Positions 39,700 through 52,603 of a DNA stretch of 64,000 nt are shown in pieces. Source of the stretch: Octopus sinensis. Taxonomy: Eukaryota. The notes under the pieces are model-generated. The model did not search any database and was not told where the DNA came from. It saw nothing but the letters and a program-made list of their open reading frames with translations. A program made the translations under genes and the position numbers. Each line of letters begins with the position of its first letter. The stretch's first letter is position 1. The stretch lies in assembly GCF_006345805.1 (NCBI RefSeq), contig NC_043008.1, forward strand, positions 33,170,001 through 33,234,000, written 5' to 3'.

Positions 39700-39960
39700 T
39701 CATTTTTATATCCTGGTTCATCTATTTGATATCTCTGTAGCTTCATCTCTTGTGCAGCTAACTTGCCATTGTCATAGTTGAAGTTACACTAGAATCGGGG
39801 TAACACTTCCCTGTTCTACAGGGTTGATTATGCAAATGACTAGCATGTGACCTACTTTGCCAGATATTTTCAGCATCTCAGCTACTGTGCCAGCTGGTCC
39901 AATTGTCTTCCCTAAACACATATTCTTAATCATTTTTTTCTTTAATCATATGACTGTCAA
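39700..39960 (-). mobile_element. RTE-type LINE fragment
   Basis: GPAGTVAEMLKISGKVG, similar to the family at 12.2-13.1 kb. Confidence 0.55.
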
Positions 39961-40757
39961 CTTAATAGCTAATTACTCACTTAGGTCTACATAGAATAGT
40001 GCTTTCTCTTCATTCAACAATCTTATAACAGCATTTCCATACTTCTTTCATTTTGGTATTATTGTGGATGCCTCTGTCATTTAATACACATCTTTCCTCA
40101 TTTTTGATTACCTCAGGTACTTGTGTCCTTTTGATAAGGTTGGGTTTTGAAGGCGATTTGGCTGTTATTTCTTGCAATTCGAAAATCTATGTAGAGACTT
40201 CTTTGTTAACTTCAGGTAATAGTATAAGAAAGTGTGGTAATAGTATAAGAAAGTGGGAGGAGCACACATACACACATTCTTGTAATGCTGAGCTAGAATG
40301 GCAGTAAACATAGAAGTTGAAAACAATTGAAGCCAATCTAATAAAAGAATATAAGTCAGACAGAGGGTGGTGGTGGTGGAGAAAATAGAGTGTGGGGGAG
40401 GTTGTCAGTGAGATTGAGAGAAGATAAGAAGACTGGGAGTGAACAGGGGGAATAGTTAGAGTAGACAATAGTACTACCATTGAAAAGCTTCTCTGTACTA
40501 TTTAATTCCAGCTGTTGTCCATCTTCACTATATTTTTCTTGGTTATAAAGCTGTGAACATCAAACAATATTTATTATTTTTTGATTGGGCGAGAGTTGTG
40601 CTACCTATAGCTTTTATTCATGGTATCATTTGGTGGAAATTAATGGATAGGTTACATGGTGTATTGTTTTAAATAGTAATATCTGGATTTGGTTTAGACT
40701 AAACCATAAGACAAAGGAAAAAAGACGCACAAAACTTTATATGTTTTAAAAGTTGAT

Positions 40758-41170
40758 AGGTATGGCTGTGTGGTAAGAAGCTTGCTTCCCAACAACATGG
40801 TTCTGGGTTCAGTCCCACTGCATGGCACCTTGGGCAAACATCTTCTGCTATAGCTTTGGGCCAACCAAAGCCTTGTGAGTGGATTTGGTAGACAGAAACC
40901 GAAAAAAGCCCTTGGTATATACATATATGTATACGATAGAGACTAACTCCTTTCCCTATATAAATATACATCTGTATGTATATATCTATGTCTGTATTTG
41001 TTCTCTCACCACTGCTTGAAAACTGGTGTTGGTTTGTTTACGTCCCTGTAACTTAGCAGTTCAGCAAAATAGACCTATATAATAAGTATTAGGCTTTAAA
41101 AAATAAGTCCTGGGGTTAATTTGTTTGATTAAGAGACCCTGCATGGCTACAGTCAAATGACTGAAACAAA
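40758..41170 (+). mobile_element. tRNA-derived SINE, family B (example; further copies near 17430, 44300, 48830, 53797, 55905, 56565, 60095, and 63360-63780)
   Basis: ggctgtgtggtaagaagcttgcttcccaac..ggttcagtcccactg..ggcaag..ccaaagccttgtgagtggatttggtagac. Confidence 0.85.
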
Positions 41171-42482
41171 ATCTGCTTCATAGCCATAATAGTAATTTCT
41201 GATTCAGGGAGAAGGCCAGCAATTTTGAGGGAAAGGAGTTAGTCTGTACTACAAAACTTAGTACTTCAGTAGTACTTTATTATATCAACCCTGGAGAAAT
41301 GTAAAGTAAAGTTAACCATGGCGGGACTTGAACACAGATTGTAAAGAGCCAGACGAAATACAAGAACATTTTCTCCAACACTATAAAGATTCTGCTAATC
41401 TGTTGACCTAATAATAATCATAATTTCAAATATTGTCACAAGGCCAACAGTTTTAGTGGGAGCAGCCTAGTTGATTACATTGATCCCAGTGCACAGCTGA
41501 TACTTATTTTATTCACCCTGAAAGAATAAAGGCAAAGTTGACCTCAGGAGCATTTGAAATCAGAATGTAAAACCAGACAAAATACTGCTAAGAATTTTGT
41601 CTGATGAATTCACTGCCTTTCTAGTCATATCAATTACTATTAATTAGCATTTGAACCCTTGTTCTAAATCAATAATAATTATTATTATTGTTATTATTAT
41701 TTTTTTTTGTAAATAAATACCCGAAGAAAGGTAACAGGAACTCACCTTTGTATTATTATATGAACTTTCATTGACAATCACATGGTGTCATTTGTCCTGG
41801 TGGTATGAGAAGGGAAGGATGGCCGGTTCAGTAGAACACTGGACAAAATGTTTTGTGGTATATAGTCAGGTTTTGAGTTAAAATCCCAACAAAATTTATT
41901 TTGTCTTTCATCTTTCCATGTTCAATAAAGTAATCCCCATTCAAATAAATTTTGTTCAATATATATATGATTATGTCTTCTGTTAGAAATTACCATATGA
42001 CTTCAGTGGGATTTGAACTCTGAACATAAAGAGTCAGAAATGCGGTATTTCTTCCAGCTCCTTATCTTCTGAGTTAAGATTCCTCTGAAATCAACTTCTA
42101 CCTTCATCCCTCCATGGTTGATGAAATAAAGTATTAGTTGAGTACTAGAATTAAGGGTATCAACACCTCCCCTTAAAATTACTGGCCTTATATCTAAATG
42201 TGTTGTTCATTATAACAGTGTTAGCACTAGAAGAAACACATCATAGCATTTTTTTAACCATTTCTCTGTGTTCTGAGTTCAAATCTTGTCAGAGTTGACA
42301 TTGCTTTTTCACCTTTGCTAAAATAATGTTAATAACAGTTAATTCCTAAGGTACATTAAATCGACTTGTGCTTTCTTAAAATTGAGAGCTGTCAGCCAGT
42401 ACTAGAAGTCATAGTAATTATGAGTCTTGGATAGCAAAATCATTGTATCAAGCACGAAGGCATATGGCTTAGTGGTTAGGGT

Positions 42483-42944
42483 TGTAGTGACGTCATTTTC
42501 CATGTGCGTGTGCGGAACGTCATTCTTCAGTGTGCGTGTGCGGGGCTGTAACCTTCTGGAAAGGCCTAAGGAAGTTCCCTCATGAACATGCGCTAGAGAC
42601 TGGGGAAGAAAATTCTATCGCGTTCCTTGTTAGCGTCGTTGACTTGAGACACGGCTATTGAAGAGAAAGGATGTGTTAAACCTGTGATTAGCCTATTCTC
42701 CTGTCCCAGACACTTGGGATTTGACCTGCTCTGTTGCTGCTGAATTTGTTGTAAGGTTTATCTTACAAGTGTTAAAATTCAGCCTTGCTATATTGAACCA
42801 AGTGGATACCAATGTAAACAAGAAAATAAAGAGTCATATATTTTTAAGGTTGCATTCTTGTTCCTGACTGGTAGTTTCTGGAAACAAAAGAAAGGAAATT
42901 GTGTTGCATCCAAACAGTGTAAAGACACAACCAGTTCCTTTACA
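42483..42944 (+). mobile_element. Solo LTR, 462 bp, TSD GGGT, inserted into a SINE head
   Basis: TGTAGTG...TTTACA, with GGGT on both flanks. It splits the SINE sequence catatggcttagtggttagggt|atttggct. It shares motifs (ttgacttgagac, tgactggtag, aataaag..atatatt) with the 27208/29256 LTRs. Confidence 0.85.
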
Positions 42945-43718
42945 GGGTATTTGGCTCACTATTGTATGGTCATGAGTTCAATTCCTGGCAACACATTGTG
43001 TCCTTGAGCAAGACACTTTATTCCATGTTGCTCAGCTGGCAAAAATGTACCTGTATTTCAAAGGGCCAGCCATGTCACACTCTGTTTCATGCTGAATCTC
43101 CCTGTGAATAATGTTAAGATACACATGTCTGTGGAGTGCTCAGTAACTTACCTGTTAATTTCACGAGCAGGCTGCTCTGTTGATCGGATCAACTGGAACC
43201 CTCATCATCATAACTGATAGAGTGCCAGTTGCATCAGGTAAAATACCTTAGAGTATTTAGTTACAGCCTTTTACATTCTGAGTTAAAAATCCTGCTGAGG
43301 TTGACTTGGTCTTTCATCCTTCTAGAGTCAATAAAACACCATTCAACTATAAGGGTTGATTTAGACAGCTCTGACCTTACATCTAAGTAAGAGATCATTG
43401 TTTTTATTATTAATTCCTATAATAACACATTGAGCTAGCAGAATCATTAGTACATTAGACAAAATACGTAGTGGCCTTTCTTTTGACTCTTTATTTTCTG
43501 AGTTCAAATTCTGCCAAGGTTGGCTTTGCCTTTCATTCTTTTGGGGGTTGATGAAATAAGTGCCAGTTGAGCACTGGGGTTAACATAATCAACTAACACC
43601 CTCCCTCCAAATTTCTGGTCTTTTGTCAAAATTTGAAAACGTTATTAATTATTATATTAAATATTTCTCTAAAATCTATTAATGCATTTAATCTGATTGA
43701 TTAAATTTTTCCTTTCAG

Positions 43719-43841
43719 AAATACTGTATATATTGGATTACTTGTTGTAGCCAAGTTCTTCAGAGCTTTTGGATTATTTTTATCCTATGATCTTCTCAAA
43801 GTAATTCCTGTTGTCCAGTTCCTATTCATCATCAAAGCTGG
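43719..43841 (+). CDS. SLC30A5: SLC30A5 coding exon 2 (NTVYIGLLVVAKFFRAFGLFLSYDLLKVIPVVQFLFIIKAG)
   Basis: cctttcag| ... GG|gtaagt, 123 nt. Matches the remembered ZnT5 segment [30 protein letters not shown]. Confidence 0.93.
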
Positions 43842-44874
43842 GTAAGTTCTTCCCTTCAAAAATTCAGTAGAATTATATTTTGTCAAGAACTGGAGGTGAC
43901 CATTGCGCAAATTGGTTTTCCAGTTTCCAATAAATGTAAATGTATTTTAGGTACAAAAATGGTTAAGAAGTTTGTATTGTAACCATAATATCCTAGGTTT
44001 AATCTCATTGCTCTGCACCTTGGACAAATATCTTCTACTGGAGCCTCATACTAACCTTTTAAAGGCAATTGAGTTGATGGAAACTGTGTGGAAGCCTGTC
44101 AAGTAGACTGCAGCTGTAATTCAAAGGCCTACCTTATCACACTGAGGATTACACTATATGTACAAGTGTTTGAGGTATATTCATCTACTGACATTATAAT
44201 ACAATGTGTAGTCTTGGGACGCTCACTGACAAAACCAATGGAGAATCCATCATCATTCTAAATAAAATTCAATTTAAATGCTATAGACATTATAATAGGT
44301 GCAGGTGTGTTTGTGTGGTAAGGAGCTTGCTTCCCAATGACATGGTTCCGGGTTCAGTCCCACTGCATGGCACCTGAGGCAAGTGTTTTCAACTATAACC
44401 TTGGAGTGACCAAAGCCTTGTAAGTGGATTGATTTGGGAGACAGAAACTGAAAGAAGCTTGTTGTATATGTGTGTGTGTCTTTGTGTCTGTGGGTGTTCC
44501 CACCAACACCACTTTCGCTTTACTACTGGTGTTGATGTATTTATATTCCTATTACTTAACAGTTCAGCAAGAGAGACCAAAAGAATAAGTACCAATACTT
44601 CAAAAAATAAAAAAAAAGATTTACCTCAATAAACTCCATCCGACCCATACATGCATAGAAAAGTGGAAGTTAGAATGATGATGATGAGTAAAACAAAAGT
44701 GATGTATACCTGAAGCATAGGGAGATGATGTGGTAATGCCCTAGAAATATTAGAAATTACCTGTCTTAACACTAAGGGTCTGAATTTAAATATTGCAGCT
44801 AGTCTAGCCCTCAGTATGACTTGAATTCAAATTTGATCTCGAAAAGTACAGAGTTTTATATTTCTTTTATGCAG

Positions 44875-44941
44875 GAGTTCGGGTCCTTTCCTAATACTGC
44901 AAAAGCCATTCTCTTCAGGAAAAAATTTAAGTAAGAATCAA
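44875..44941 (+). CDS. SLC30A5: SLC30A5 coding exon 3 (SSGPFLILQKPFSSGKNLSKNQ)
   Basis: atgcag| ... CAA|gtaagt, 67 nt, with the QKPFSSGK motif. Confidence 0.93.
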
Positions 44942-45737
44942 GTAAGTAATTGTACAAGTTGTTGAAAGCAGTAATGGTATTGCTTCTGACTTCCTCCTGC
45001 TCCTCTTATTATTATTTTCTTCTCCTCCCCTCTCTAAAATTCATTTGATTGTTGCACATTCAAAGACTGTATTTTATGGTGTTTGTGTTTTTATAAATCA
45101 GTTAAAGGAAAAAAGGTCAGTGGTCATTACAAGCATGCAGTTGACATGGCTAATGTCCAACTTTAACATTTGTAGATTGGTGTTTATTGGAAAACTGTGA
45201 GTGAAGAAGAGAGGGAATTATGGACTACTGGTTAAGGCAGGAAGTATAAGGGCTGAAGTTTCTTAGTTCTACACAGGAATTTCAGGCTTTGCAGGTAGAG
45301 TTTGCAAAATGTTTTATATGTTGATCACTATGCTAGATTGTGTGGGTAAGGGACCTAATATTTATAACACTACTGTTGTTGTTTAGCATGAGATCAGCCT
45401 ATGATTGAGCTGACTACCAATCAAAAGAGCTCCAGCTGAGACCATCCTGTCTTAACATATATCTAGGATTATATGGAAGAAATCTTGAGCAATGCAGGAG
45501 TTCCAGAGGGATACATTCTAAGGAAGAAGGATTGGGCATAGCACTTAATGTGACAGCTTGAAGGACTTAATATGGATGATGAACAGAAGATAAACTGGCC
45601 ATGGGGTTTGGAATTTTTGTATATATGGGCATGTGCACACACACACACTATCATCGTCATTACATCCATGGGTTGGATGGAATTTGTTAAAACAGGTTTA
45701 CTATGGCCAGATGCCCTTCCTGTTGCCAGTATATATA

Positions 45738-45964
45738 AGGCGGTGAGCTGGCAGAAACGTTAGCACACCGGGCGAAATGCTTTGCGGTATTTCGTCCGTC
45801 TTTACGTTCTGAGTTCAAATTCCGCCGAGGTTGACTTTGCCTTTCATCCTTTCGGGGTCAATAAATTAAGTACCAGTTACGCACTGGGGTCGATGTAATC
45901 GACTTAATCCGTTTGTCTGTCCTCGTTTGTCCCCTCTATGTTTAACCCCTTGTGGGTAGTAAAG

Positions 45965-45969
<5 letters not shown>
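45738..45969 (+). mobile_element. tRNA-derived SINE, family A (well-preserved example; many degenerate copies throughout the window)
   Basis: ggcggtgagctggcagaaacgttagc...gagttcaaattcc (B box)...tgtgggtagtaaagaaata, followed by (TA)n. Related copies near 7875, 13245, 15100, 37460, 38200-39030, 43430 and 52975. Confidence 0.85.
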
Positions 45970-46011
<42 letters not shown>

Positions 46012-47173
46012 CATGCACACACACATATATATATATATATATATGTGCATGCACACACACATAAAAACTGGTATTCTGTCAGTTACGATGACAAAGGTTC
46101 CAGCTGATCGGATCAACAGAACAGCCTGCTTGTGAAGTTAACGTGAAAGTGGATGAACACTCTATGGATACTCGTACCCATAACATAGTTCTCAGGGAAA
46201 TTCAGCATAAGACAGAATGTGACAAGGCTGACCCTTTGACATATAGGTACTGCTCATTTTTGCCAGCTGAGTGGACTAGAGAGCTATGTGAAATAAAGTA
46301 TCTTGCTCAAATAAACAATGCATCATTGAGAATTGGACTCCTGGCCTTTTAACTTTGAGCTGAATGCCCTAACCACTAAGTCACATATGTGTTTATATAT
46401 ATACATGTAAATATGTGTGTGTGTGTGTGTGTGTTTATATATATATAAATAGATGTGTGTATTTTTCCCTTGTTTACAATTAACACAGAAAAAATGGATA
46501 AATAATTACCAGGTTAGCAAAAAATCACACAAGTAAAAAGGGTGTAACTCCTTGTTTTTAAAGGTAGAAACTCCAGGTTTACATGAAATATTTTGTATAA
46601 TATATATAAATAAATAAATGGAGTTAAACGCAGGTGTTATTCAAATTCATTTACTTCCGACATATGTTTCGAATATATCACTGGTATTATTCCAAAGGAA
46701 TAAAATGGTGTAAAACAATGTAATCTTCTCTTCAGGGAAATGAAGAAATAAAACTCGTCAATAACACATTTTAACAGAATATGATGGAAATGTAAAGTGA
46801 TGAACTGAACACTGTTAAATTTTTTTAATAAACATTAGAGGATATAACGTCAAAGGTAGCCTATAGAAAGAGGAGGGGTAAAGGAAAGAAAAACAACCAA
46901 ATAAATGAGAAGTATATAACGATATGTAAGTTAAATAAAACCCTAAAGTTTTGGAAAAAGATATATCTAGTGAATGTGAAATGTAAGAAAAAAATTAATG
47001 TTTAAATTATATATAATGATAGATATCACTTATATGAACTAAAGGTGTGTTTCTACTAATGTTTACCTCAGTATGCACAGTCTATTTTACAAGGGGATTT
47101 TTAGAAAAAAGAAAAAGTAGTTCAGAATTACAGAGAAAACAGAATTCCTTGTCTTTATGATAAAAGCAAGGGA

Positions 47174-47292
47174 TATATTTAAACCTGTTTTTAATATATT
47201 TAATTTGTAATATATTTAAACCTGTCTTTAATATATTTAATTTGTAATATATTTAAAATATATTTAAACCTGTCTTTAATGTATTTAATTTC
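47174..47292. repeat. AT-rich ~38-bp tandem repeat
   Basis: atatatttaaacctgtctttaatatatttaatttgta occurs about three times. Confidence 0.8.
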
Positions 47293-47510
47293 TACATGAA
47301 GTGTTAAATCTGATCTGAACCAATAAGAGAACAGTATTTAGTTATATCCTCTTTGTTTCTGAGTTGAAAACCTCAGCAGTCACTCTTATTTTTCATTTTT
47401 CTGAGGTTAATAATAATTATTATTGCTTATTTGATATTTATCGTTTTGTTGTTTTTTTTTACTTTGTTGTTTGTTTCTTTTTTAATTTGTTTCCATTCTC
47501 ACACATGTAG

Positions 47511-47596
47511 TGGTTTCGAGTAGTTCGTCATGCTGTTATTGGAAGTATGATAAACTTACTTTGGCTTTTTGGATTGACTCTATGTGGTCCACTCAG
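47511..47596 (+). CDS. SLC30A5: SLC30A5 coding exon 4 (WFRVVRHAVIGSMINLLWLFGLTLCGPLR)
   Basis: catgtag| ... AG|gtgagt, 86 nt, with the LLW.FGLTLCGPLR motif. Confidence 0.94.
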
Positions 47597-50500
47597 GTGA
47601 GTACCAGTTTTTCCAGTTTACATCTTACCTGTCCTGTTCTCTGTTAAAATAGCATTTGATATACTCTGCCTTCAGATGGTTCTTTCTTTTCTTTCTTCTC
47701 TTTCACTTGGTTCAAGTCATTAAGTTTCAATTAGACATGCAGGTACACACAAATTGATTTCACCTTGCTTTCAGTGATTGTGGGTTCTAGTTCAATTAGC
47801 AAAACTATATACTCGTTATATTCAAGAGTAATCATCATCATCATCATCATCCGTTATCATTATCATCATTAATGTCTGTTTTACATGCTGACAAATGTAA
47901 ACAATATGCTTGTATTTACAATATTTTCATGGGTCTCACAGACAGATAAATAAGGAACAGCAGTGCATGTGAAGTTTCAATCCTGTTGGATTTCATCAAC
48001 ACTGCACCCTTAAAAAAGTTGTGCTTACAAACCTTCTGTTAACTAATACTTATTTATTCACATTGTTTTCAATTAATCATGCATTATCTCATATCTCTGA
48101 AATTTCAATGGTATGATTGTTTATTTTTAGAATAACATTGTGGGTGTCAGTGTAGGAGGCTGGATCTGGCCAGTTTAAACATAGGACTGGCTCCTCTGCA
48201 GGTGGCACGTAAAAAACACCATTTGAGTGTATGATATCCTACAGAATATATATGGCTGTATGATATCCTACAGAATATTTCTATAGATTTGTTTTTAGCT
48301 AACACATTATGTTAAGAGTATATCTGTAATTTAATATTTGAACCAGCTCAGCTGCCAAGAAAATATTATATATGCAAATTAGTCTGTTTAGGTTACTTAA
48401 GCTTTTAGTTTATAAGCAATATGTCAAGGACTAGCACCTTGTTGTACTCAAGAAGACCTGTCCATTACAGCAGAATTGATACTGCTGCTGCTTCTACATA
48501 AAAAAGGAGTGGTGCTGGTGCCACGTACACCCAGTACACTCTGTGGAGTGGTTGGTGTTAGGAAGGGCATCCAGCCATAGAAACCATGCAAAAACAGATA
48601 ATGGAACTTGCAGCAGCCCCTGGCCTTACCAGTTCCAGTCGAACTGTCCAAGCCATGCCAGCATGGAAAATGGACGCTAAATGGTGATGTTCATCAATAA
48701 TAGAAGAGGGTGCACAGTCACGGATGAGTTCTCAACAGAATTGAAACATGGCATATATGGTTGTTCCTGGCTTTTCTGTCCACATGCATATTGTGTATGT
48801 CGATGTGTTGTTTCCATTTGTTATAACATACAGTGTAAAGGTGTGACTGTGTGGTTCAGAAGATCCCTTTGCTACCACGCGGTTTCAGGTTCAGTCCTAA
48901 TGTGCAGCACTTTTGGTGGGTGTCTTCTACAGTAGCCCCAGGCCAACCAATGTTTTGCATGCAAATTTAGTTGATGGAAATTGCACAGAAGCCTTACACG
49001 CACACATGTATGTGTGTATCTTTGTGTGTTTGCCCCACCACCACAACTTAACAACTGGTGTTGATTTGTTTAAATCCCTATAACTTGGCAGTTCAGCAAA
49101 AGTGACCAATAGAATAAGTACCAGATTTAAGAAAATAAATATTGGGGTTTATTTGTTCAGTTAAACCCATCAAGAAAATGTCTTGTAACCTCAACTTTAG
49201 AGTGTATTCCTTTGTTTGTTTTATGTCCTTTTCTCCATGATAGCATGGATTGGACATATACTTACTACTAAGGTATGATTTTACAGCCAGATCTCTTTCC
49301 TGTTGCTAACCCTTCTGTTTTTCTTGTAATGAAATTTTTTCTTATTCTACATATGCTTGACTGTGTAAAGCTGCATGGCAACATATTAACAGGGAATGCC
49401 AACATAACATCACCATTTTCCCCTTTGACAGTTTCATACAAAGATGCAGAATGTAAATCATTATCATCATCATCATCATTTAACGTCCATTGTCCATGCT
49501 GGCATGGGTTGGACAGTTTGACCAGAGCTGGCAAGGTGGGGAGCTGGACCTGACTCCAGTCTGATTAGGGATGGTTTCCACAGCTTGATGTCCTTCCTAA
49601 CACCAACCACTTTGCAGAGTGTGCTGAGCACTTTTACATGGCACCACATGGGCACTTTTATGTGGCACAGCGTTTGTGCTTTTACATAATATTTATCTGC
49701 CCACACACATGTACAAGCTTCCTTACAGTCTCCATCACCCAATTCCACTTGCAAGGTGCCCGAGACAATAACAAAAGACACCTGCCCAAAAGTATCATGC
49801 AGTGAGATAGAACTCAAAACCACATGGTTATGAAATGAGCTTCATATTTACACAGCCTGACATGGAATACTACCCCAAGAAGTTTCCTCCACCTCATACC
49901 AACAGACAAAATAGTGGATATAAAAAACAAAGTTGATCATTATAGTGATAGCAGTGATGAAAAGAAAGAGAACTCATTGCCATTTGCTCTCAACTCAACT
50001 GAATCACAACAAGCTGTCACTTCTCTCCTCTCTCTCTCCAATATTTAAACTCTCTATATTTATCTTAGGCTTGGATTGGTTTGGTTTATAATTGCTATCA
50101 GCTGTTTTACCCATTGATATGTACATAGTCTTGTAACAACAACAAACAACTATTTCCCTATGAAAATTGTTTGCTGTTATTGCCATGATTCAGTACACAT
50201 ATTCTGTTGGAAATTGTTTTACTATTCACCATGGTTATTCAAGTAATGTATTGATTCAATAATGGATTATGCTGTGCATAGATTAATTATAAATTACCTT
50301 GATAATTTATTATTGACTTGGCAAATATCAGCACCTGTCAGAAAATAATTTATTTGCTGAATTCTATAAACAAGAACCACCAACTATGTTTAGATTCAGA
50401 GATCTAAGAGTAGCTTTGACTGAAGAGACACTGAAACAGTAACACCAGTGTCTCAGTTTCCCTACATCATATGAATGAAGTGTGTAATCAGCACATGTTG

Positions 50501-50794
50501 TCTGAAAGTTGTTCTTCTCTGAAGACAAAATACAAATGTAATTAAGATATTCATGTTCAAATCAGCCAGAACATGTTATAAATAAATAAATAGATCATTG
50601 AATTATGTTATAAATTATATTATAAAACAATGTAGTTTTGGATTTAATTCCACTGAACTTTTGGAAAGTGTCTTCTATGGTAGCCTCAGATTGACCAATA
50701 TCTTACAAAGAAAATTTGACAGAAACTCAACAGAGGCTTGTCATCTCTCTCTCTCCTACACACATTTTTTTCTCTCCTTGTTTTTTTCTGTGTA

Positions 50795-50833
50795 TGTTTC
50801 TGTCGAAGAGCGTAGGCTCGAAACGTAAAAGAC
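50795..50833 (+). ncRNA. Minimal hammerhead-like motif of Penelope terminal-repeat type (A6U core)
   Basis: TTT-CTGTCGA-A-GAGC(GTAG)GCTC-GAAAC-GTA-AAAGAC. A related copy lies at 60307-60346 on the minus strand. Confidence 0.5.
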
Positions 50834-51311
50834 TTTTTCGATTCCTGAGCGCTATACTAATACATTTGTTTGTTTGTACTCCACCTGCCTTCGTCTTTTG
50901 TTTATTTTCGTAAACTTTCCCTTTATATATATATAATAAATGCGAAAACTAATTTGTGTGTATCAGTGTGTCACACTTATATTCCCTCTCTCACTATTCA
51001 ATGACACTCCAACTGTTCCTCATGATGGGGTGAGAGTAATAGAAGGCATAGGGACAGTGAGAATGGTGATAAAGACAGAGAGAGAAAGAAATTTAGGGAG
51101 AGTTGATGATGTTTTATTAAAAGTAGTAGTGTTGATGGTAGTAGTGGGAGTAATAGTAGAAGAGAGAGAAAGAGTGGGTATGTGAGAGAAAGCAGGAGAT
51201 GATGAACAACTTTGTCTGTTTGACAGAAATTCATGTCACCAACATACTGAACACTATCATTTTTGTTTTATCGTTTGCTTTCTTTAATACACACACACAT
51301 ACATACATATA

Positions 51312-52571
51312 TCTCTTATTATAAAAGGCAGATTTTATCTGCCTCCCTTTGGGAGTTATACAAATCTACAATATAGCATTTCTTCAATTACAATTTACCT
51401 AGCACTTTTAAGAGTACAATGCATCGCGTCATGCCAGGTCCAGTTTTTAAAATTTAAACTCCAATTAAGCAAAATTTACAGAAAACTCACATTCTGGTGT
51501 GTGTGTCAAATGCTTTTCTTAGTCTGGTTTACACCACACGCAAACGCACACACACAGTGTGCGACGAATAAAATGAAAGTAAATAGCGACAGAGTGATTT
51601 GAGGAAGACTAAAGTGAAAGTATTTAAACCACTACTCAAAAATAAAAAAACACAGCAAACAGAAACAAATAAGTACACAATTTCTTCAATTAGAGTTTAC
51701 CTAAGATTTTTAAGAGTACTTCAGTGGGTGATGCCATAAAAAATTTCTTTCAATTTTACCACCAATTAAGACAAAATTCGAGAAAACTCAATATTTTAAC
51801 ATATCACTCCGAAAGCATTGATGTACATGTGTGAGTGTGTGTGTCATTCCTCACACACACGCATACACATACATATACAACTACATACAACTACATACAC
51901 ATACAACTACATACAAACACGTGTGTGTTTGTTATTAGTAAAAAAGGCGCCAAATCACAACTCACTTATCATTCCAACACATTTGCAAAGACACACGGAC
52001 GGACAGAAAAGGTAAATTGGTTTTTATTTTACTCATTTCCTATTGTGTTTTCAAAATTTGTAATTCTGACAAAAAATGGATACGAATTTCATTATATCAA
52101 GCAGCAAGTCAGAATTCGAAGGATTTTCTACTGAAGACCTTCATAAATCTAACTCTATGACTGAAAAAAAAAGCATCTTTATATAAGAGTGAAGTTGTGT
52201 GTCTGTCTCCTACGATTTAGATTCCTAACTACTCCCACATTTTGCGGTGCAGTTTAACCAAAACTGGGTATCTTATAGTCGTGATTCATATCGAGCCCTT
52301 CTGGGTATTAGCGTGCGTCTACGATGAGTCTATGATTTAAAAAAAAATTTACCATCATATTTTTCCATTTTAATGCATTTTTTCGCTTTTATATAAGGGA
52401 AGTAACTCTCTAAAAATATCTACGATGTGTCAACGATTTAAAAAAAAATTTACCTTAATTTTTTTTCAATTTTTGATGCATTTTTTTGCTATTTTTTGGC
52501 TATAACTCTCTAAAAATGCTTATATAGTTATTTCCCTTACAAACCCGAGCAACGCCGGGCGATAATGCTAG
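51312..52571 (+). mobile_element. Non-autonomous Helitron (composite: two TC 5' ends, one CTAG 3' end)
   Basis: 5' ends A|TCTCTTATTATAAAA at 51312 and A|TCTTTATATAAGAG at 52176. 3' hairpin CCCGAGCAACGCCGGG, then CTAG|T at 52568-71. Confidence 0.75.
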
Positions 52572-52603
<32 letters not shown>

